DNA from: a virus
Lineage: Duplodnaviria; Caudoviricetes
DNA: 64,000 nt
Reading direction: 5' to 3' (one strand)
IMG/VR virus record: IMGVR_UViG_3300010234_000007
Span: 1 to 64,000 of that record
Positions 26,585 to 37,400 of the stretch are shown here, in pieces. Made by a program: the position numbers and the translations under genes. Within the stretch, counting starts at the first letter, position 1, and each line of letters opens with the position of its first letter. The notes beneath the pieces are model-generated. The model did not search any database. It saw nothing but the letters and a program-made list of their open reading frames with translations, and was not told the DNA's origin.

Positions 26585-26767
26585 CCCAGACATGGGGCTG
26601 CGATCAGTCTGAAGCTTGCCGTCTCGCATCCCGGCCCGCGCCCACACACCCTCGAAGACAGTGACACCGCCATCGTTTTGGGGGCGTATGGTGACTTCAT
26701 ACGGGTCGCGCGGTATCGGTGCCAATACCCCGGCGTCAATAACCGTCGCCGCGAGTGATGCAGCCAT
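26537..26767 (-). CDS. Hypothetical protein
   Basis: ORF track; in late-strand gene order. Confidence 0.5.
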   Translation of the reverse strand: MAASLAATVIDAGVLAPIPRDPYEVTIRPQNDGGVTVFEGVWARAGMRDGKLQTDRSPMSGLEGDRRFRRFYTVPD

Positions 26768-26774
26768 GAGGACT

Positions 26775-26885
26775 ACAGCATTAGCCCTAGGATGAAGCCG
26801 ACGACGAAACCCGTCAGGGCCGAGACCACCGGGCTGGTGAGTAGGACTCCAGCCTTATTCATTACATCTAGAAACGCTTGCATGC
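26775..26885 (-). CDS. 36-aa membrane protein (MQAFLDVMNKAGVLLTSPVVSALTGFVVGFILGLML)
   Basis: Hand translation; overlaps phosphoesterase stop. Confidence 0.55.
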
Positions 26886-28195
26886 TATTTCCCTTTCCGG
26901 GGTTTTTCGAGGTAGATACGTTTTTCGTTGATCACGCCGTACTCTTCATCAAACAGGAAGAGCCACTGCTGCGCCGGGTGTGGACGCATGCGGTTATCGC
27001 GAGCGAACTCACTGATACCCGGCACCGACCCATTACACCAGCCCTGCTCCAGCGCAAGCGGTGTGTGGAAGTGGCCACAGAAGATGAAGTCGATACGGCG
27101 GTTCACTTGGGACTGGTAGTCTGACACCTTCTTGAACCCACGCGCCACCGTAGCTGCGGGACCGACGAAGCCCTGTCCACCACGTGAGCCCATCCGGTCT
27201 CCATGTGTCAGCAAACACTGCCAACCACAGATGTCGAGTAAGGCGTCCCCGGACACTGGGGTCTGGAAGGTGATGCGCTTATCATCCCGGAACCAGCGCT
27301 CGATCTGCTTGGCGAGGATGTAATCGTAGTTCAGCTCTGCGTATTTCTTGGAATGAGGCTTGATGGTGGTGCGGCCATGGTTGCCCGGCACAGAAGCGAC
27401 ATGTACTTTACCGAACTCCTCAGCCAGCCGTTCGATGCCTGCGCATTCGATATCAACCAGCGCATCCATAGCAGCGAGGCCACCCAGTGCGTTTGTCTCA
27501 CGCAGCTCTTGGTGGATGTCTCCCGAGACCTCATCGCCACCACGCAGGTAGATGATGCCGGGGAAATCGTCATAGCCACTATAGTTGAGGGTGAGATCGA
27601 TACCGCGGTCGAAGAACTGCTTCATGCGCTCTTCGCCGATCTGGAGATTGTAGGCGTTGATGCCGTCCATCTCATCACGGTCGATTACCTCGCCGAACTG
27701 CCGGTCTGAGCCGAACAGTACGGGGGTGGCCATGCCCTGCTTGGCGCTCTTAGCGATCCACTTGGGTGGGCTGGGCTGGCGGTTGAAGAGCGGTGTGACC
27801 GCCTCCATAGTCTCGATCTGCCGCTGCGCTTCCTCTAGTTTGGAGGACAGGTCACGCTTCACGACATGCAGCTGACGCTTTAGCTCGTCGGCTTCCGAGA
27901 GGATTTTACCCGGACGCTTCTCTTCCGGGGCGTATAGCGCCCGATCTGGGAGGTAGTGGGCCTTGCCTTCATCCGCGAGCTTGGTCTCGTTAATGAGCCA
28001 GTCCCGCATCTGCTTGGTGTTGATCCCCAGCGCCTTGGCTGAGACAGCCAGTGCGCCCTGCTTACCGGGCGTTGTCTCCCCATATGGGGCCCAGCCTTGC
28101 TTATACGCCGTCTCCACTGCCTTCTTGCGCTGCGCTCTCTGCTTTTTCTGAAGAATGGCCATGTACCCTCTCGCGGAAGAAATACCCGAACGCAA
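26885..28195 (-). CDS. Calcineurin-like metallophosphoesterase with N-terminal coiled coil
   Basis: SD..FGE, GGDEVSG, PGNHG, THGD, GHFH. Confidence 0.85.
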   Translation of the reverse strand: MRSGISSARGYMAILQKKQRAQRKKAVETAYKQGWAPYGETTPGKQGALAVSAKALGINTKQMRDWLINETKLADEGKAHYLPDRALYAPEEKRPGKILSEADELKRQLHVVKRDLSSKLEEAQRQIETMEAVTPLFNRQPSPPKWIAKSAKQGMATPVLFGSDRQFGEVIDRDEMDGINAYNLQIGEERMKQFFDRGIDLTLNYSGYDDFPGIIYLRGGDEVSGDIHQELRETNALGGLAAMDALVDIECAGIERLAEEFGKVHVASVPGNHGRTTIKPHSKKYAELNYDYILAKQIERWFRDDKRITFQTPVSGDALLDICGWQCLLTHGDRMGSRGGQGFVGPAATVARGFKKVSDYQSQVNRRIDFIFCGHFHTPLALEQGWCNGSVPGISEFARDNRMRPHPAQQWLFLFDEEYGVINEKRIYLEKPRKGK

Positions 28196-28412
28196 ACGTA
28201 AGAAGAATGCCTATCGCGCCGCCGATCATTACTGCCGATCCGGGGCTCGCAATAAACTTCAAGCAAAACGACTTGTCGCCCAAGCATATTTGTGAAAATT
28301 CAGCAGACCATGACTGTATCATGATGCCAACGAGTGTCCCAATTGAAGAGCCCAAGGTGGCGAATTGTACTTTCCGCCCGGGTCTTTTAGTCGGCTGGTT
28401 TCTAAGCATCAC
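28101..28412 (-). CDS. Two-TM protein, holin candidate
   Basis: Two hydrophobic segments, dual Met start, charged C-tail. Confidence 0.5.
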   Translation of the reverse strand: MMLRNQPTKRPGRKVQFATLGSSIGTLVGIMIQSWSAEFSQICLGDKSFCLKFIASPGSAVMIGGAIGILLTFAFGYFFRERVHGHSSEKAESAAQEGSGDGV

Positions 28413-31400
28413 TGTATCTCCTTACGGATAGAAGAAACCTGCTTTGTAAGCATGATCTTCATTTTATCTAGCTCGTCAAGTCTTTGGCGCTTTATTGTGG
28501 GTTGGATATCACGGGCCACGATTATTCTATTGCGCATCTGGTTGATCTTGGAAATCTGTCGCGCTACTTGCTCCAGCGTTTTCGAATACTGGTAGCGCTT
28601 CATGTACGTCTTGTTCTGCATCAACTCATTGGCGCGCTCAGTATCACCTGACTTGAGCGCCCGGTTGATGGAGGCCTTAGCGCTGCGCACCAGCGTCAGC
28701 ATCTCATAGAACTTGTCCACGTCCCCGCGGGGCAGCTCTGATTGCAGGAAGCGCTTGATGACTGGGTACTGCTCGATACGGTATGCCGGGGTGACCTTAC
28801 CTGAGCCTGCGGACATCAGCTCATGCATGGCGGTCAGGAAATAGCTGCCTAGCGTGCCTGTGTAACCGCGGAGGGCATGGTCCAGCCTGATGGGTGGGAT
28901 GCCCAGCTGCTCGCCGATGGCGCGGGATAGGGCGCTGGTATACTCTGTATGCCGGTCCTTGGTATCCAGTCCCGTCATGAAATACGGCTCGATGGCCCGG
29001 CCCTGATAGAAGCTGTAGTTAGCGATGGCTTCGATGGCAGGGACAATCGCCTGAGGCAGTGGGTTGATGCGCAAGGTCTCCATCGTAGCGCGCAAGAGGG
29101 CCCCTCGCAAATCAGAGCCAGTATCTTGCCCAGAGGCATACGCCATCAGCCGCTCTGGGATCAGCTTGAACAGCACGCCGATTTCAAACGGAATGGGTAG
29201 CTTGAACGTGTTCTTGCCGTGCTTGACCAGCCAGTTGCCGTCCCGCTCATGATCGGGCGCGTTCTTGTATTCGTCCTCGTCCGACATCAGGCTGTAGTAC
29301 ACCATCGTGGACAGCATGAGCAACGCGCCACGGGCAATGCCACGTCGCTGTGCCAGCTTTTTGTTTACACCAGAGCCCTTGCCTGTACCGTCGCCCTTGT
29401 ATGCACGGTAGATGATGTCGAGACCCTGAAGGCGGGCATTCAGGAATGGGACGAGGGCCGTCATGGTGCGCATCGTTTTCGATGAGCCCTTACGGGAGAA
29501 GTTGATAACCTCCAGCGCCTCAAACGCGGCCTGTGCAGGGTTGCCTGTCTCTTTTAGGGTCGCCTTATACACCGCGTTACGAGTTGCGGCGTCAGAGGCC
29601 TCCGTAGCCTTGTTCAGGAGACCCCACGCACGGATCAATGGGTTCTTGGAGTAGCTATTTTTGAACGCCTTCGATGCGTTCTTGATATCACCCACGAAGT
29701 CATGACCACCGTAGGCACCGGAGCGCTGCAGGGCTTGGTTGGTCTTGGAGTTGTAGACCGCCTCGACCGCGCCACGTGCGGTGCCTAGGAACGGCGTGAA
29801 CTTCCTGCCAGTAGTCACCCAAGCAGATACGGTATCACGCAGGCCGTTGGCCAGCATAAAGCCCGGATCGCGGGTCACCATCTCACGTAGGAACTGTGAC
29901 GGCAGTGCTAGAGCGCGCATGAAGCCCGTCAGATCGGTCGGGGCCATGGCGGTGAGGGAGTCGATCAACAGCGGATCATCCACGACGAAGTGGCGTGTCT
30001 TGCCCTTCACACGGATACTCACGTCTGCATCGCCCGGCTTCTTCACCTCGTGCGACAGGCCCAGTGTCTTAGCATCCCGGATCGCACGTTGAGCGGCGAC
30101 GTTCTTCATGCCCATATCGATAGCAGCGCGGGCGTTCTGTGTGACCAGTTCGACCCAATCGCCCTTGAACGCGGTGGTGCCGCCTTTCAGCTTCTTGGAA
30201 GGCTTCACGCCTACAATCCCGCCGAACGCGCTGACAGGCTTGCCCTTCAGTATGGTGACGGCTTCGCCCTCGGCCTCACGGTAGAATGGCACGTAGTCCT
30301 GATGTTCTGTCCACAGCTCCATACCCTTCTTGTCCAGCACGCCCGTATCGACCATGAACTGCACGATACCGTTATTCCAGCGCTGATACTTCTGACGGAC
30401 GCCTTCGAACCACTCGTAAGTCTGGCCTATAGACAGACCTGTCTGTATTTGCGCTTCAGTGAGGAAGTTTTCCCTCTTCTCTCCTTTCAGGCGTGCGGCG
30501 CGTTTTGCAGCTGAGTACGCACCAAACTCTTTCCACAGGTTCTCTTTGCCGACGCGCTCCATGATCTTGATGAGCCCGCCCAGATTTTCGCCGTTCTCAT
30601 CTTTCAGATCGACCACTTCCGTGAAGCCGTTCTTGTAGACGGGGATACCATAGTTGTAGGCAGAGGCGAGGATACCGACTGAGCGCTCAGCGAAGCGTGC
30701 GGCACCGATGGCCGAGGTGTCGGCATACAGGTCACGGTCTGTCTTGGCAGCTTGCTCACCGATCTCAGCCATACGTGCGAACTTATCGAAGAACTTCTGG
30801 CGGAAGATCGTCGCGTTGGTGCGTCGGCCCGGCTTGTGCCGCATGTTCTGTAGGACCACCTGCCCAAGAGTGTGAGGGCCGGAGGTGTACATGTCATCGA
30901 TAAGCTGCCGCTGGGCATCGGTGGTGTCTGCGTGGTGATGCCTGAGACGGTAGCGGATGTCAGGGTTGGTCGGAGAGAAGGAGCCGTCGTTCCCGGTGGC
31001 GGACTTGATCTGTGTGGGCTCAAACACCACCAGCTCATCGATAGTGACTTTGTTACTGTTGATGCTGATGACGCCATCATAGCCACGCTCTGCAAGCCAA
31101 GCATTAACATTGTTCGTGAACGTGATGTTGGGGTTGCCCTCTGTGCCAGCCACTGCTTCGAAGACTTCTGCGCCGAAGTCCTTTCGGAACTGGCGCTTCA
31201 TTGAATTAAACCCCGGCTCCATACCGCGGTGGATCATATACGGGTTCTGCATCGAGAGGAAAACCGGCATTACAACTTGAGAGGACTGACTCCCGAAAAA
31301 CCGCTCTTCCCGGCTGTCCCGCATACGGGCATATTCTGAAGCTTCGCTGGTGCGCGGCGTAAAGTAGAACCCCTGACCATACCATCCGCCATCAACTTTT

Positions 31401-34400
31401 GAAGCCTCTCCGTGTTTAAAGATAGTGAAGTCTTCTGCTGATCCATGGTAAACGACCATAGGCTTGCCATCAGCATCAACTATCTTGCTATCCTTGAACC
31501 ACCTACGGAAGGCGGATGTGTTGGGGGCTTTGATGCCCACGGCGACTGGCTGGCGATTGTGGGTGCGCAGGGAGTAGCGCTCCATTTCCTGCGTATCTTG
31601 TGCGGAGAAGTTGCCATGCCACGGATCGTCTGCCAGCAGCTCAGTCGGGATCACCACAGCTTTCTGGTCAGAGTAGGGGCGCTCAGTAAACTTGATGTAG
31701 TCCTGATCTCCGCGCTTCGGGATACTGCCATCCTCACGACGGATATGTCGGCCAAAATTAACCCATGCGTTCTGGGCTAGCGTTTCAGCGGCTAGGGCTG
31801 GGACAGCTTCCGGCGGCACCATGGATGCATGCTCATGGAATGCGTTGTACTCACCGGTCGGCCCGAAGTTTGTGGCATTCTGGGCATGGCCAAAGAAATC
31901 ATGCACCACACGGAATAGATCATTGGCGAGCAGATACCGCCCGTCGGAGGTCATAAACTCTGTGGGTGCGAGCATGGGATGATTGATGGGGTCTGAGCCC
32001 TCACCATACCCGTTTTCTGTGAGATAGAAATACAGATGCTTGTTCTGCGCTAGATCGTCCAGCATCGCCTGTGAGTTAGCGTACGGATCGCCATCGCCGA
32101 TATATGGCTCGATGCTGATATCGCCCAGAAGCTTATATTGCTCAACCACAGCCCCGATGAGTGCGTCATACGACGCTTGTACTTCTGCGCTATCCGGGGA
32201 GTGTTCCGCGTCTTCCAGATAATCGGCCACGCGTTGTAAATACGTAACTGGAGGTTCTTGATGAGCGACAATGCCCGGCCCATACCCGTGCTCCTGACGG
32301 TACTGTTCTGCTAAATCAACCGCGACCTGAACAGGCTCCCGCTTAGATAGCGCGAACCGTTCATTCATGTACGGCCCGATGGATGAGGTGCCGGGCCGTT
32401 TACCCTGTGTCAGCTTGTAGCGTAGGTGTGGGGACCGCTCAGCGGTAGCTGCGTCCGATGTACGTGCGTCGTACACCTCACCGTCTTTGATGACCCGCCC
32501 GCTGAAGCCTACCTCCGCGTATGGCTCGCCTGTGCGCGTGACATCGCTGAGCGTCACCGGGATCATCTCATCGGCTTCAAACAGCCCGCTCAGGTGGTCA
32601 GCGTTTTCAGCCCCAGACACACCGTCCACAACAAAGTCACCGTTCTCATTCAGCCCACCCGAGATATTGGTTGGGGCTTGGAACAGATCGCGACCAGACT
32701 GCAGGTCTTCGAAGTCGTGGTACTGCGGGCCCTTCCTACCGCCTTCCAGCAGCTGTGAGACGGCACCACGTGGCATGTAGACCCGGCCCTTGGTCCCGGC
32801 AGGATTAAGCGGCCAGCTGTGCTTGTTGCCGCTGTACAGGCTGATGTGATCATAGAAGCGGTTGGCATACACATCATCCGCAAGTCCACCCTCGATGATC
32901 TTGGACCACTGCTCCTCGCGTGTCGGGAGAGCGGCGAGGTCCATATCGAAGGCTTCGGACTGTTCCCACAGTACCGCCACATTGTGGTTGACTTCATTAT
33001 CGCCAGCGATACCGCCGCCTACGTGCTGGAAGCCATCGTAGCCGAGTGACCGTAAGCCATCGTGCAGCAGCTCCCAATGCGCGTGGAACTTGGACTGATC
33101 TGCGGGAGAGAGCACGTGCTTATCCTCCACCGCCAGCGTCATAGCGTTCACGGGCATAGACGCCCACGCTGCGCCTGAGCGGTCGTCGCCATTCGGCGGC
33201 ACCACATCTAGGCCGAACTCACGCATCATCGCAAACGCCTGCTCGAACTCGGCCTGTACTTCCGGGGGTAGCGGCTTCTCTAGGTTCAGCAGACGGATGT
33301 TGTCCTTCAGCTTAACCGCCAGCACACTGGCGCTCTGCATAGCTTCAGGCGTGGAGGGGCGCGCTTGTAAGTAAGACAGCCCCAGCCAGTAATTGTCTGT
33401 CAGATAGAAGCCCGGTCCAAACAAATCCAGCGGATTGGTGAGTTGGACATCCATCTGCTTTGGGTCGGTGAGGGTTCGCCCACCATGGTACATCTGCGCC
33501 CCGGCCAGCGAGTCCTTGGGACGGAACTTGTAGCGTTGTGTGGGCTCAACCGCCTCATCCACCCGCGATACAGCCGGGTGAGCACGGAAGGTGTCTGTGA
33601 TGTCCTCAACTGTGCGCTGGGCGGGTACATCGTCTAATGTGGCCTTTAGCGCGCTGATCTTGGGGCGGAAGGTGTCGGAGAATTTCGGAGCATCTTGTCC
33701 AATTCGTCGCCTGTAGAGGGAGTCGAGTCTTTTTGCGGCGCGGGTGAGGTGGGCCCCAAAAGCTGCTTCAGAAATTCCGCTTCCTTCGGCGCTCGTCGGG
33801 TCTGCTCCTTCTCCATCTCGTCGATCATCTCTAATATCTTTGAGCTGATATCCGCCATCGCTTAGTAGTCTCCTGTTGATTTCTTCGCTAAACAGCAGGT
33901 TGAAGTCGGGGACTTCCGTAACCTGCGCTGCTGTGACATTCTTGTAATCGAACCGCTGGCCAACTTGGCTTTCCCACAACGCCTTCGACCATGACCAGAT
34001 GGTTTCCTGCACCTCAGCGGGGAGCCAAATATCACCCGTGCGCTTGGACAGAATTTGTGCCGCCCGGCGGGTGACGTTGTTGTACGCCAGATAACCACCA
34101 CTCTTACCACCAATACCACCGTATTCATCACGTCCTACGGGTCGGCTGCTGAAGGCGTTCTCTTTGTCGATGGCCGCGTAATTCGCCATCCACGTATCGT
34201 TGGTGACTTCCTGCATATCACGGTATAGGTTCAGGAAGAAGCTGTTGACCTTGGGACCACTGAGGACGATCTGCGTAGGATCATCAGCGCGGAATGAGCG
34301 CAACACGTTGTTACCCCACGCCCAGACATCATTCGTATCTGTGGTGTCACTGGTAATCGTGTCCAGCATCATCTTGAAGACCGGGTCGTTCGCCATCTGC

Positions 34401-37400
34401 ACCCGGCGTCCTTCTAAAGAACTGGCCGTGGGGATAACGGGCTTGGGCCTTCCTGCCGCGATCCACTTAGTCCACAGCTCGATTGCTTGTTGCAGGTTTT
34501 CTTCTACCGGTTTCTGGGGGGAAAGAGCTGCCAAGACAGCCGTGAACCGTGTAGCGTGTTCTGCACCGAACAGATCGATAATCGCCTTGCGGGACTTGAC
34601 GTACCAGCCGCGCTTGCCGCGACCGGCGTATGCTACGGTGGCCATCTCGCTGGCACTTGGCAGATTTGTTAGCGCCTCGACAATATTCCGCGCCATGCGC
34701 GTTTTGATCGTGGTGAGTTCTTCGTCGGTGAACCCAGACAGGATGGGCCTAAACCCACTCACGCGCTCATTAAGTTGCTGGACATGCTTCGTCAGCTTGT
34801 ATCGCGCCTTCTTGCCCGGCGGCGGGTACATGAGCCCACGCATCTCTTCTTCGAGACTGCGCGCCCCTTCGTAGCTTTCGCGCCGATACTGACGCCGTAC
34901 ATCATTCTCTTCAATGATCGGCCCGGCCAAAGCCTTGACCCGAGCCCTATCGCCAGCAGCGACCGCCATGGCCAGCTGCACGATGGCGTCCTGCTCTGGC
35001 GTGGCTGGTGAGAAGCGCTCTAGAGCATCAGACAGATCACTCAGCGCCTGCGATGACCAGAAGCCCTGAGATAGCTCCTGATATTCCTCCTGAGAAGCGC
35101 CCTTCTTCTGATTGCCCCATGCGTAAACCCGGCGTGCTTGCTCAGCGACGCGGATCGGCACAGGGTTCGCACCCGTGGCATACTCCTCAAAGAGACGGTT
35201 GACGCCTTCCAGTGCCCGCACGAAGCGAGTCTTCTTGGGCCAGAAGCGCGACGGTGCGTTGGTGGGCTTCCTGACATAGCCACGCTGGATCAGCGGGAAG
35301 ACGTTACTACGCCATTCCTGAGCGGAGTTGTTCAGGCTGTAGAAATCTTCTCGCCGCCCCTCTTCCGCGGTGCCGGGCTGTGCGGCGATGATGCCCGGAT
35401 CAGTGACTGTGATTTCGCTTCCAAAACCAGCCATCTCCAGCGCTTCTGGCCGGGCAGTCTTGACGGCCCGCACTTCGTTACGGCTACGTGCGCCGAACTC
35501 ACCACTCTCTACACGCTGCAGGATGTCCTCAGCGATCACCTTATCGTCCTTCATCACACCGATGAAGTTCTTCAACGCATCGAGAATGCGCTGCATCAGG
35601 CTCTTCACCTTAGGCGGCACCTGTAAGAGCGCGTCCTTGTCCTTCGCCCAGAAGCGGAACAATTCGGCAACAGCCTCCTCGTGCACGTTTTCGACGTACT
35701 TCATCGGCTTCACGCCATCCGGCGGGTTTAGGACATAGCTATTGTATGCCTGCTGCCAGAATGTTACGGGGTCTTGGGGGTTTCCTTCGCTATCAATCTC
35801 GCTGCCGGGAACGAAGGTCGTGTACGCATACTGCTTCAGGGAGGTCCATTCGCTATCGGTGAAGGCATCAGCCTCCCGCAGCATATGGATGATTTCATGG
35901 TCCAGAGTCTCCAGCATCTCATCGAGCTGCGCCTCTGGTGCCTTACCAGCCACCACGTCCTTGGCGAGTTGCACGAGCCGGTTGACGGCAGCGCCATCAG
36001 CGTTGCCATTCTGGATACTCTCGACCAGCTTTAGTGTGGTGCCATCTGGGGCGATCTTAGCCAGCCGCCCGCGCAGCTTAGCAACAACCTCAGATGGGAT
36101 AACGACCTCCGGGGCCGGGACCGGTGCTGGCTCAGGGACGATGAACTTATTAGTCCGCCCCTTGCGCACCAGCGAGCCCTCTTCCACCAACGCAGCTTGA
36201 ATTGCTTTCGCGGCTCTGTTCCCTGTTACGCCTGTGTGACGCTTAATGGCCCCGATGGTGGTGCCTTCGTGCAGGCGATCCCGCGCGATGTCGAGCTGTT
36301 CTTCGGTATACTCACGCGGTATGGCTCGCGGATCAGCTTCAAACGTCGTGCCGTCCAGCCCGTCCAGCGCGTCTTCCATAGCGCTCAACTGCGAGGCATT
36401 CATGCTATTGAGATCGGGGCGACCTGTGAGGCGTCTGGAGAACTCCGTGAACGCGTCGCTCTCCCAGTTAATATCTTTGCTCTCTGCCTTGACGCGCACA
36501 CGCTCTGGCGTGATATATTCACGGGTAAGGGCCTGCTGGTCGAGTAGAGCGCTAACTTTTGCTTCGGAGACGCCTCCACTCCTTAGTTCAGAAGCGGTGT
36601 ACTGCTCCTTGATCGGCAGGCCCTGATTTGTCCGGGTGCTGTGCAGGCGTGCGGCTTCAGCGTTGCTCAGTTCATCAGCGGTGAAAACGAACGGCGTTTG
36701 GGTTTTACGAGCTTCTTCCAGAAGCGCCTTTTGCTCTATCCGGCCATCTTCAAGCTTCTTGCTATCTGCCGCCTCTTTCTTGCGCAGAAGCTCCACAGCA
36801 CTCCCGATGGACTCCATCGTGGCAGAGAACTCTTCAGCCTCGTCCTTTTTAGCGAATGCTTGTCCGACACGTGCGTCTTCCGGGCCAACAACCCAGTACC
36901 CCTTCTTGCCTTTCTTTACTGTGTACGGGCCGATGGGGATGGTGTCTGAGAAGTCCGTGGCGAGGCGCTTCGCGTATGTATCAAGGTCTTCGCCCACCTT
37001 ACGCGGGGTAACCGCCACCGCCGGTGCTTCCTGCCCAATGCTAAGCGTGGAAGACGATGCGCCTTGAGCCCCCGGCTCTTGGGGCGTTTCAGTGGATTGA
37101 TTGTAGGCTTCACGGGTGCTCGTTAACCCCTCTCTGATACGCTTGGTGTAATTGCGATCACGCCTACGGCCTGCCGAAGCGGCCATAGCTTCCATGACAC
37201 CGCGCATAAGTCCACCAGCGCCTGCGCCGTAACGGAACTCATCGTAGAGAGATTGCCCGACCTTCAGGTCAGGGTTGTAGATATTCTTCTCAATCATATC
37301 CTGCATTACGCTGGCGACGGCTTCCTGCAAGCCTTCAGCGCCACCGGACAGGACAGAACGCGTTAGTATTCCGAAGATACGGTTCTTGATTTTTGTGGGG

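Noticed and set aside
36916-37113. Another nested alternative-frame ORF in the giant gene
   Set aside because: No SD, GTG start and Arg/Pro-rich shadow-type composition.
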